A stretch of DNA of 64,000 nt from Escherichia coli (GTDB taxonomy: Bacteria > Pseudomonadota > Gammaproteobacteria > Enterobacterales > Enterobacteriaceae), in assembly GCF_003334385.1 (NCBI RefSeq), contig NZ_QOWN01000009.1. The stretch is one strand, 5' to 3'. Positions 54,010 through 64,000 of the stretch are shown here, in pieces (the stretch's first letter is position 1; each line of letters begins with the position of its first letter). The notes under the pieces are model-generated. The model did no database searches. It saw only the letters and a list, made by a program, of their open reading frames with translations, and was not told the DNA's origin. The position numbers and the translations under genes are program-made.

Positions 54010-54836
54010 CTCTCATCCTCCGGCAGCAGCGCGCGAAAGCGTTCCAGCGCCTGGCGGGCATAGAGTCTGGGCTCGTTCATATACATCGTCACCAGCTCCA
54101 CCGTACAGTAACCCTCATAGCCCCGCTCAATAATATCGCGCATCAGTTCCCGCAGCGGCATTTTGCCTTCTCCAGGAATGTAATGCGTGTCGCTGGCCCC
54201 GTCGCTGTCGACAATATGCAGATGACGTAATTTATCGCCCAGTTTGTCGAAATAACTCATCACCGGTTCCGCCTGGACATACGGCGCGCAAATGTCGACC
54301 ATGCTGAACAGGCGCGGCGAAGGCACCAGCGCCAGCGCATGAAGCACATCATTAGCATTACACACGACGTTCGATTCATACGGCGTTAACGGTTCGAGGA
54401 TTAGATCCATGCCGATGTTTTCCGCGTACTCACACAGTTCGCTTAGGTTCTCTGCCAGCCGTCCCCAGATAACATTAGGTGGCGTGAGATAGCCCGCGTG
54501 GGCCGCGGAAATCAGCGTATAACCCGCGTTCATCTCTTTTGCCATATCCATCGCCAGCTTGATCATGTCGAGGCTTTCGCGACGCATATGTTCATCGCCC
54601 AGCATCATGTTATACGGATAGCCGTTGGTTTCTGGCGTATAGCCGATAATCGGCATCTGATACGTCTGCGCCAGCGCCTTGATTTGTTTGATGCCGCCCG
54701 CTTTTAAGTCCGGCGCGAACGCGTGCGGGCGACCGCCCCAAATTTCGATGCCGTCGTAACCCAGCTCGCTTGCATCACGAAATGCGTGTTCAATAGGCAG
54801 CCGCTGGTGGCCGCAGGTAAACATACCTGTTTTCAT
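54006..54836 (-). CDS. frlC: Fructoselysine 3-epimerase (xylose-isomerase-like TIM barrel)
   Basis: 276 aa from [16 protein letters not shown]; 4-nt overlap with frlD. Confidence 0.92.
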
Positions 54837-54885
54837 CGGGTAACTCCTTGCGTAAATCCGGCCCGTTGCCGGGCCGGGAGAGGGA

Positions 54886-55908
54886 TTAATATTCCACCAG
54901 ACCACCGTAATAGCGGCGTTCATCCGGGTTGTGATCTTTGTAAATAGACAGGTAGTAGCAGAGCCACTCCATTGGCACGAACATCAGGAACGGTGCCAGC
55001 CACGGGTGCAGCCCTTGCGAAATTTCGGCGTAATCGATGACGATCACGTTGTCAGTACGCTGTTTAACAAAGTTAATGGCGCGTTCGGTGGTGTGGCGAC
55101 TTTCATCATTGCCGAGCAGGAACAGGAACGGAACGCCCGGTTCGACAATCTCCAGCGGGCCATGGCGGAACTCTCCGCTCTCAATCACGCAGCCGTGCGT
55201 CCAGGTAAATTCCATCAGCGTTACAATGCCTTCTTTGTAACCCAGCGGACGCAGCGGACCCGCAGCAACGGTATAAATCATCGGCCACTGGCTGGCCAGT
55301 TCACCAAGCTGGCGGCCTTTTTCTTCCCAGGTGCGTACCAGATGACCGAGCGCATTCGGCAACTGCTTGAGATCGTTTTTGATCTTGCCGATTTCCGCGT
55401 TCGGCGCGAGGCGGGTGATCATCTCCAGCACCACGCTGTAGCAGAGCAGCAGGTGAATTTCCCAGATACAGTCGGCCTGATAATCAATGCTAAATTCCGC
55501 CGCCGAGGTAATCGGGCTATCCGCGCGTTTGGTGAACGCCGCAGTGAGTGCGCCGCAGGCCCGGCCCAGCTCCAGCGCTTTGATTACCTCTTCGGTTTTA
55601 CCGTAGTCAGAAACGCCAATTACTGCGCAACGATCGTCGAGGCGATACGGGGTGTTATCGCAGAACTCCCAGCCGGAAATGGCGTAGACCTGAAGATCGG
55701 AAAAGCGATCCGCCAGATGTTTCGCCGTTTGCGCCGCGTTGAGTGGCGATCCGCAGGCAACGAAATAAATACGATCAATGTCGCGCTTCACCATCTCTTC
55801 CACGATGGCGTGCACCAGCGGAACGTCATGGCTGAGAACTTTTTCCACTTCCTGAACCATATTTTCGGTGACCAGAAAGTCCACGGTGCTTTTATCAATA
55901 TCCAACAT
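54886..55908 (-). CDS. frlB: Fructoselysine-6-phosphate deglycase (SIS domain)
   Basis: 340 aa from [13 protein letters not shown]. Confidence 0.92.
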
Positions 55909-55928
55909 TTTATTTTCTCCAGATAACA

Positions 55929-57317
<1,389 letters not shown>

Positions 57318-57482
57318 TTAAAAGGTAATATGACAATGCATGATGAATATAACAACATATGATGTTATGTAATGTGGAGGAAGATCACAAAATTTCGCAC
57401 AGGATCGCGCTGTGGCTAATGGATGTAGTTATCAAATTGAATTTAAAGTGAAAATATTTTTACGGGCGGGGGCAAGAAGGAC

Positions 57483-57519
57483 ATAGAAACAAATACGCCC
57501 TCGGAAAATCCAGAGGGCG
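57483..57519 (-). terminator. Candidate intrinsic terminator downstream of yhfL (upstream of the frlA promoter)
   Basis: Hairpin cgccctc...gagggcg followed on the minus strand by a T-rich run (tatttgtttct). Confidence 0.45.
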
Positions 57520-57560
57520 TCGGGCAATTAAACCGGTGTTAGCCGATTTCTGTCAGAGAC

Positions 57561-57728
57561 TTACTGTGCAGTAGGACCGCAACCGCCAATGATTTTAGAA
57601 ATAGAAATTGCCGGGTGCAGCAGGTAGTCGTAAGAGCAGTTCTTATCACGGTTTTCAATATGACCAGTACATGCAGTTAACGTAGCCAGTACTGCACCTA
57701 CCAGTGCAACTTTAATAAATTTGTTCAT
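57561..57728 (-). CDS. yhfL: Small lipoprotein YhfL
   Basis: 55-codon ORF absent from the ORF track (under 60 aa); product MNKFIKVALVGAVLATLTAC... has a lipobox (LTAC) and a C-terminal Cys-rich segment. Confidence 0.8.
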   Translation of the reverse strand: MNKFIKVALVGAVLATLTACTGHIENRDKNCSYDYLLHPAISISKIIGGCGPTAQ

Positions 57729-57974
57729 TTACATTCCCTATGTATTATATATTAATTAATATTCATTGATTATATGAATATAAGCAGACTGCTCGTTAAG
57801 AACGATACAGGAATATTTAATTGGCGTCAGTGAGCGAATGACTTAATTTTGTAAGTCGCTGTAACGGTGAATATAACCCATTAGCAGATAATATTTATTA
57901 AGGGGCTATGTTTTATTTGCTGAATATATAAAAAGAGTCATTAAGAAGGCCAGAATTCTCTGGCCCGGGTTAAA

Positions 57975-59348
57975 TTAATGGTTGGAGAACCAGTTCAGTT
58001 TATCGCGCAGGCCAACAACCCGACCAATAATAATTAGCGATGGACTGTTCATTTGCTGCGCCAGTTCTCCCAGCTGTGTGAGCGTACCGTCAATCACGCG
58101 CTGCGTGACTGCCGTACCGTTTTCGACAATTGCCACCGGCATTTCGCCTGGCATTCCGTGTTCAATCAGCTTTTGCTGAATAGTCGCGGCCTGATTCAAC
58201 CCCATATAGAACACCAGCGTCTGTTTTTCTGCCGCCAGGTTTTCCCAGTCCAGCTCGCCACCGGTTTTTAAGTGTCCGGTAATTAAGCGTACGCTCTGGG
58301 CATAATCGCGATGCGTGAGTGGAATACCCGAATAGGCAGAGCAACCAGAAGCTGCGGTAATACCCGGAACCACCGAGAACGGAATACCCGCGTTGCACAG
58401 TGTTTCCAGCTCTTCGCCACCACGGCCAAAAATAAACGGATCGCCACCTTTCAGCCGCACCACGCGTTTGCCTTTTTGCGCTTCCCGCAGCAGGATCTGG
58501 TTAATCTCTTCCTGGGGTACGCAGTGGTATCCCGCGCGTTTGCCGACGAAAACACGGTCCGCATCGCGGCGTACCAGATTCATAATATCGTCAGAAACCA
58601 GACGGTCGTAGACCACCACATCTGCCTGCTGAATTTGTTGCAGTCCTTTCAGTGTCAGCAGCCCGGCATCGCCCGGACCTGCACCAACCAGCACCACTTC
58701 ACCGCGATGGTCGAGCGGTTCGTTGATTAACTGTTCGGTCGTTTCAGTAATGGCTTTCTGATCGTTGTTTGCCAGCGACTGCGCCAGGCGGTCGTTAACG
58801 AACAATTTCTCCCAGAAACGGCGACGCTCACCCATCGTGGCGAACTGTTGTTTCACTCGCCCGCGTAATTGCCCGGCGTATTTCGCTACCTGGCCCAGAT
58901 GTAACGGCAGCAGTGATTCAAGTTTTTCGCGCAACAGGCGTGCCAGAACCGGAGAGGTGCCGCCAGAGGAGACCGCTACCATGAGCGGTGAGCGGTCAAT
59001 AATCGACGGCATAATAAAGCTGGCGGCTTTCGGCGCATCGACCACGTTACAGAAGATGCGACGAGCTTCAGCGGCTTCGCTGACGCGCTGGTTAAGCGCG
59101 TCATCATCCGTCGCTGCAATCGCCAGCCAGCAGGTGTCGAGAAGGCTTTCATCAAATGGCCCTTCGACGAGGGTTAACATGCCTGCATCTGCCCATGCGG
59201 TGAACTGTGGAATAAACGCTAATGCATTCACCGTTAAGCGAGCGCCTGCGTCTAACAGCAACCTTGCTTTGCGTTCCGCGACATCACCACCGCCGACAAT
59301 CAGACAGTCGCGATCGCGTAATTGGCAAAATATAGGCAAATGATCCAC
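57975..59348 (-). CDS. cysG: Siroheme synthase (multifunctional: uroporphyrinogen-III methyltransferase, precorrin-2 dehydrogenase, ferrochelatase)
   Basis: 457-aa ORF; N-terminal Rossmann motif ([10 protein letters not shown]) and C-terminal methyltransferase domain; follows nirC. Confidence 0.97.
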
Positions 59349-59366
59349 GTAAAAACCCCTTAGTAA

Positions 59367-60173
59367 TTAACCGGCAGCCGTTTCAGTTTGATTAAATTTG
59401 TCCGCAACCGGACGATTCGCTTTCGGCGTAGCATACCAATAACCCAATCCCATGAATACGGCACCTGATAAAGTATTACCCAGCGTCACCCACAGCAGGT
59501 TATGACCAATACCCGCCAGCGTGTAGGCTTCGCTGTGGTTGCCGAACCAGGAGAGCGCGAACAGCGTCATGTTAGCGATAGAGTGCTCGTAGCCGGACGC
59601 GATAAATGCCAGCAGACACCACCAGATAGCGATAAATTTCGCCGCCCCTTCAGTGCGCAGCGCCATCCAGATTGCCAGGCAAACCAGCCAGTTACACAAT
59701 GCACCTTTGAAGAAGAGTACCATTGCCGGTGCAGTGGTTTTAGCCAGCGCGACGGAGTGAACGATGCTGGTATCTACCGGCAGCAGGCTACCGCCGCCCC
59801 AGCTATAGAGCATGGCAACGAAGACGGAACCGACCAGGTTACCCAGCCAGGTTTGCGGCAGGATTGCCCACATTTGCCCGTGGCTGATGCTGCCCGCTTT
59901 TACCCCAAAGGTGAGGAACATGGTGTGTCCGGTGAACAGTTCAGAACCGGCGATAATCACCAGCGTTAAGGCGATACCAAAGGTCGCGCCCATCACCAAA
60001 GGGCGTACGGATGGATCGAGCAAATTACCGAGCGTGAAAATCAGGATGATCCCAAGACCCACATACGCGCCCGCCATGGCGGAGCTGACCCAAAAGCCGA
60101 GCGGGTTATTTGCCGACAGGCGTGCAATGCGCGCAGCGTTAGCCGCACACTTATTAATAGTGTCTGTAAACAT
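59367..60173 (-). CDS. nirC: Nitrite transporter NirC (formate/nitrite transporter family)
   Basis: 268 aa from MFTDTINKCAANAARI; the ORF track is extended 31 codons upstream. Confidence 0.95.
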   Translation of the reverse strand: MFTDTINKCAANAARIARLSANNPLGFWVSSAMAGAYVGLGIILIFTLGNLLDPSVRPLVMGATFGIALTLVIIAGSELFTGHTMFLTFGVKAGSISHGQMWAILPQTWLGNLVGSVFVAMLYSWGGGSLLPVDTSIVHSVALAKTTAPAMVLFFKGALCNWLVCLAIWMALRTEGAAKFIAIWWCLLAFIASGYEHSIANMTLFALSWFGNHSEAYTLAGIGHNLLWVTLGNTLSGAVFMGLGYWYATPKANRPVADKFNQTETAAG

Positions 60174-60285
60174 TTGATTATCCTTTAAAAAATAAAACAA
60201 AAAGTTTAAAAAATGTCCTGCAATATACCGAAGATTATTACAGGACCATGCAAAAAGGGGAGGCATTGCGCCTCCCGTTAAAACA

Positions 60286-60612
60286 TTAACCGCGCAGCTG
60301 CACCACGCCGTCTTTCACTCGCGCTTCGTAATGTTTGACGGAAAACTGTTCGTCTTCCATGCACAAGCCGTCGCTTAAGCGAAAACGCTGTTTTTTCAGC
60401 GGGCTGGCGACCCACAGCTCGCCCTGGTGTTCCGCAATCAGTCCGCGTGACAGCACGCTGGACTCGAAGAACGGGTCGATGTTGCTGATCGCAAACACCT
60501 GATCGCTGTGATACGGGTGGAAAATCGCGACCTGCTCGTCACCTAACAGCGCGCAGACGCCGGTTTCAGGCAGGATGTCATCGATTTTGCAGATGTCTTT
60601 CCACTGGCTCAT
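60286..60612 (-). CDS. nirD: Nitrite reductase [NAD(P)H] small subunit
   Basis: 108-aa Rieske-like ORF; 4-nt overlap with the nirB stop. Confidence 0.95.
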   Translation of the reverse strand: MSQWKDICKIDDILPETGVCALLGDEQVAIFHPYHSDQVFAISNIDPFFESSVLSRGLIAEHQGELWVASPLKKQRFRLSDGLCMEDEQFSVKHYEARVKDGVVQLRG

Positions 60613-63152
60613 GCGTTGTCCTCCACCAGAGTTACTGGGATACGTTCATACGGCGTTGCCGGACGGTGCTGTTCGCGCTCTGGCACCATCTGCACGTTCG
60701 GGTCACGCTTGTCGCTGTTGATGAAGTGTTTGAAGCGAGTCTGCGCAGACGGCGTATTGACCGTTTCAGTCCACTCACACAGTACCGCTTCACGCAGGCG
60801 CGCCATCTCTTCTTCCAGATGTGCGTTCAGCCCCAGTTTGTCGTCAATGATCACTGCTTTCAGGTAATCGATGCCGCCTTCGAGGTTTTCTAACCACGGT
60901 GCGGTACGCGTCAGTTTGTCGGCAGTACGGATGTAGAACATCATGAAGCGGTCGAGATATTTGATCAGCGTTTCGCGATCGATATCCGCCGCCAGCAGAT
61001 CCGCATGACGCGGTTTCATGCCGCCGTTACCGCAAACATACAGGTTCCAGCCTTTTTCAGTGGCGATAATACCCACGTCTTTACCCTGAGCTTCTGAACA
61101 TTCACGGGTACAGCCGGAGACACCGAACTTCATTTTGTGCGGCGTACGGATGCCTTTGTAGCGGTTTTCCAGTTCCACGCCGAGGCCGACGCTGTCGCCA
61201 ACGCCGTAGCGGCACCAGGTGCTACCCACGCAGGTTTTCGCCATACGCAGTGCTTTCGCATAGGCATGACCGGTTTCGAAGCCGGCTTCAATCAGCTGAC
61301 GCCAGATCTCCGGCAGATCGTCTTTCTGTGCGCCAAACATCGCCAGACGCTGGGAGCCAGTGATCTTGGTGTAGAGATTAAATTCACGCGCGATACGACC
61401 TACCGCCATCAGCCCTTCCGGGGTGATTTCACCGCCCGGAGAACGCGGGATCACCGAGTAGGTGCCGTCTTTCTGGATGTTAGCGAGGAAGTTGTCGTTA
61501 GAATCCTGCAGCGGAGTATGTTCCGGCTTCAGAATGTATTCGTTCCAGCAGGAGGCCAGCAGCGAACCGACGGTTGGTTTACAAACTTCACAACCGTAGC
61601 CTTTGCCGTGTTTCGCCAGCAGTTCTTCGAAGGTTTTAATGCCTTCAACGCGGATCAAATGGAACAGTTCCTGACGCGAATAAGCAAAGTGTTCGCACAG
61701 GTTGTTGTTAACTTCGATGCCCTGTTTCGCCAGTTCCGCGTTCAGTACCTGAGTGACCAGCGGGATACAGCCACCGCAGCCAGTACCCGCTTTGGTTTCA
61801 GCTTTCAGCGCCGCAACTGTGTGGCAGCCTTTGTTGATGGCAGCAATCAGATCACCTTTGGTGACGTCGAAGCAGGAGCAGATTTGCGCGCTGTCCGGCA
61901 GTTTATCAACACCGATAGACGGCTTGCCGCTACCCGAGTGTGCTGGCAGGATCAGGGAATCCGGGTTTTCCGGCAGTTCGATAGCGTTCAGCACCAGTTG
62001 CAGCAGGTTACCGTAGTCGCTGGTATCGCCCACCAGTACCGCACCGAGCAGGGTTTTGTTGTCTTCGCTGACAATCAGGCGTTTGTAGATCTCTTTACTT
62101 TCGTCGAGGTAAACGTAGCTACGTGCGCCAGGCGTGCGACCGTGCGCATCACCAATACCGCCTACGTCTACGCCCAGCAGTTTCAGCTTGGCGCTAAGGT
62201 CAGCACCTTCAAAGGCGTTTTCGCTACCGAGAATATGGTCAACGGCGACCTGCGCCATTTTGTAGCCAGGTGCTACCAGACCAAATACACGGTTGTTCCA
62301 GCTTGCGCATTCACCGATGGCGTAGATATCCGGATCGGAAGTCTGGCAGGAATCATTAATGACAATACCCCCACGCGGAGCAACGTCCAGACCACACTGG
62401 GTTGCCAGCTTATCGCGCGGACGGATACCGGTAGAGAAGACGATAAAGTCGACTTCCAGTTCGCTGCCGTCGGCAAAACGCATGGTTTTACGCGCTTCAA
62501 CACCTTCCTGCACAATCTCAAGGGTGTTTTTGCTGGTGTGAACGCGCACGCCCATACTTTCGATTTTGCGACGCAGCTGCTCGCCGCCCATCTGATCAAG
62601 CTGTTCTGCCATCAGCATAGGGGCAAATTCGATAACGTGGGTTTCAATACCTAAGTTTTTCAGCGCGCCTGCGGCTTCCAGACCTAACAGGCCGCCACCA
62701 ACAACGGCACCGCGTTTGCTGCGACGGGCGCAGGATTCAATGGCGTTGAGGTCTTCAATAGTGCGATAGACAAAGCAGTCCTGAGTATCAGAACCTTTGA
62801 TTGGCGGGATCCACGGGTAGGAACCGGTTGCCATGATCAGCTTGTCATAAAAAACGGTACGTCCGGCGCTGGAGTGAATCACCTTCTCCTGACGGTTGAT
62901 GGTGATAGCGCGTTCGCCGACCAGAACTTTGATGCCGTGTTTCTCGTAGAAGCCTTCGCGCACCAGCGACAGCTCTTCGGCGGTGTGGTGAGAGAAGTAA
63001 GACGAGAGGTGTACGCGGTCATAAGCGATGCGCGGTTCTTCACAGAAAACGGTAATATCAAAGTTGGCCGCATCAGATTTATCAAGAAGATCTTCGATAA
63101 AGCGATGGCCGACCATACCGTTACCGATAATTGCGAGTCTGACTTTGCTCAT
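60609..63152 (-). CDS. nirB: Nitrite reductase [NAD(P)H] large subunit (FAD/NAD, siroheme/Fe-S)
   Basis: 847 aa; N-terminal dinucleotide fold (IGNGMVG) and C-terminal nitrite/sulfite reductase Cys cluster. Confidence 0.97.
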   Translation of the reverse strand: MSKVRLAIIGNGMVGHRFIEDLLDKSDAANFDITVFCEEPRIAYDRVHLSSYFSHHTAEELSLVREGFYEKHGIKVLVGERAITINRQEKVIHSSAGRTVFYDKLIMATGSYPWIPPIKGSDTQDCFVYRTIEDLNAIESCARRSKRGAVVGGGLLGLEAAGALKNLGIETHVIEFAPMLMAEQLDQMGGEQLRRKIESMGVRVHTSKNTLEIVQEGVEARKTMRFADGSELEVDFIVFSTGIRPRDKLATQCGLDVAPRGGIVINDSCQTSDPDIYAIGECASWNNRVFGLVAPGYKMAQVAVDHILGSENAFEGADLSAKLKLLGVDVGGIGDAHGRTPGARSYVYLDESKEIYKRLIVSEDNKTLLGAVLVGDTSDYGNLLQLVLNAIELPENPDSLILPAHSGSGKPSIGVDKLPDSAQICSCFDVTKGDLIAAINKGCHTVAALKAETKAGTGCGGCIPLVTQVLNAELAKQGIEVNNNLCEHFAYSRQELFHLIRVEGIKTFEELLAKHGKGYGCEVCKPTVGSLLASCWNEYILKPEHTPLQDSNDNFLANIQKDGTYSVIPRSPGGEITPEGLMAVGRIAREFNLYTKITGSQRLAMFGAQKDDLPEIWRQLIEAGFETGHAYAKALRMAKTCVGSTWCRYGVGDSVGLGVELENRYKGIRTPHKMKFGVSGCTRECSEAQGKDVGIIATEKGWNLYVCGNGGMKPRHADLLAADIDRETLIKYLDRFMMFYIRTADKLTRTAPWLENLEGGIDYLKAVIIDDKLGLNAHLEEEMARLREAVLCEWTETVNTPSAQTRFKHFINSDKRDPNVQMVPEREQHRPATPYERIPVTLVEDNA

Positions 63153-63210
63153 TTTTGCCTCGATTTCTTTTCTATTACCGCCTACCTTAACGATTCAGCA
63201 ACCCCGCTTA

Positions 63211-63224
63211 TTGATGTAAATCAA
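63211..63224 (-). promoter_or_regulatory. FNR site of the nirB promoter
   Basis: Perfect TTGATgtaaATCAA about 60-70 bp upstream of the nirB start, consistent with a class II FNR promoter and a TAAGGT-like -10 near 63183..63188. Confidence 0.8.
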
Positions 63225-63237
63225 ATTCACCTTTATA

Positions 63238-63253
63238 TACTCCTTAATGGGTA
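63238..63253 (-). promoter_or_regulatory. NarL/NarP 7-2-7 heptamer pair of the nirB promoter
   Basis: Minus-strand TACCCAT-TA-AGGAGTA inverted heptamers about 28 bp upstream of the FNR site centre. Confidence 0.7.
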
Positions 63254-63370
63254 TATTGCTGATTTGTATAAATTTTCTTAAGTCACGGAATTGTCTGATA
63301 TTTCATGTTTGTGCAAAAAATAGACAAAATGAGCGGGTTTATAGAAATAGATGCACGTAGCGGGGGAAGA

Positions 63371-63405
63371 GAGGAAAAGGCCGGACGACGATAGTGCCGT
63401 CCGGC
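63371..63405 (-). terminator. Candidate intrinsic terminator after tsgA
   Basis: Hairpin gccggacg-N10-cgtccggc followed on the minus strand by cttttcctc. Confidence 0.45.
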
Positions 63406-63413
63406 ATGAGCAA

Positions 63414-64000
63414 TTAATGAGAGGTCAGGGTGTTATGCTGACGGTGACGGCTGACGAAACCTAACAGGAAGCACATCACAAAGACGACAGCGTACAGACC
63501 GTTTGCTGTAAGCAGTGCCGCCTGCGGACCGCTATGTTCAACGATCGGGCCGGTAACCACAAAGGTCAACATAGTACCGATGGTTCCGCAGGTCAGGACA
63601 AAGTTAACCAGTTTTGGCGACGGTACTTTGGTCTGCTGTGAACCCAGGGTGATGATGGTGGTATAGATCGCGCTGGAGAAGAAGCCCAGAGCGAGAATTG
63701 ACCACGCCATATGTGCTGGTGTTCCGGTGTTAAAGACGTACATCAGAATCGCAGCCAGACCAGCCAGTACGGTCAGAATGCGTTGCAAATCAAAGAAGCG
63801 AAGAATAAAGCTGAACGCCCACATGCCGACCATGTATGACATCCAGAAGTTACTCACCAGCGTGCCCGCGTCGTTCAGGCTCATGCCCAGGCCTTTGGCA
63901 TACTCAGGCACCCAGGAGATAAAACCTAACTGACCGAGGATGTAGCACAACGCCGCAACAGAGAGAAACAGTACGCCGATCCCCCACTTTTCTTTCTCTA
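63414..64000 (-). CDS. tsgA: MFS-type membrane protein TsgA, C-terminal fragment (5' end lies outside the window)
   Basis: Hydrophobic ORF running off the window edge; located upstream of nirB as in K-12. Confidence 0.85.

Overview
This 64-kb window reads as ordinary Escherichia coli core chromosome, collinear with the K-12 segment that runs from rtcBA/malT to nirBDC-cysG/tsgA (here in reverse orientation); I found no novel system in it. Identification is by recognising the translated ORFs and intergenic motifs from memory; no database search was run. I annotate 56 protein-coding genes in well-known operons: rtcBA, malT, malPQ, gntT, nfuA, gntX, bioH, rpnA, feoABC, tex, greB, ompR-envZ, pck, yhgE, hslRO-yrfG, igaA, nudE, mrcA, hofMNOPQ, aroKB-damX-dam-rpe-gph-trpS, yhfZYXW-php-yhfUTS, frlABCDR, yhfL, cysG and nirBDC, plus partial tsgA. 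Many ORF-track entries carry N-terminal extensions, which I trimmed to the start codon giving the protein N-terminus I recall for K-12. I see no rRNA, tRNA, IS element, integrase, prophage or CRISPR array. The span equals what uninterrupted K-12 gene order needs, so there is no room for an inserted island. Non-coding content is REP/BIME palindromes, one GC-rich BoxC-like repeat, several intrinsic terminators and recognisable operator sites (MalT boxes, GntR operators, Fur/FNR at feo, FNR/NarL at nirB). The one sequence-level anomaly is an in-frame amber codon (TAG, 46554..46556) splitting yhfX into 118-codon and 269-codon parts. That gene sits in the poorly characterised yhfZ-yhfS cluster beside the fructoselysine (frl) operon, which is the least understood part of the window.
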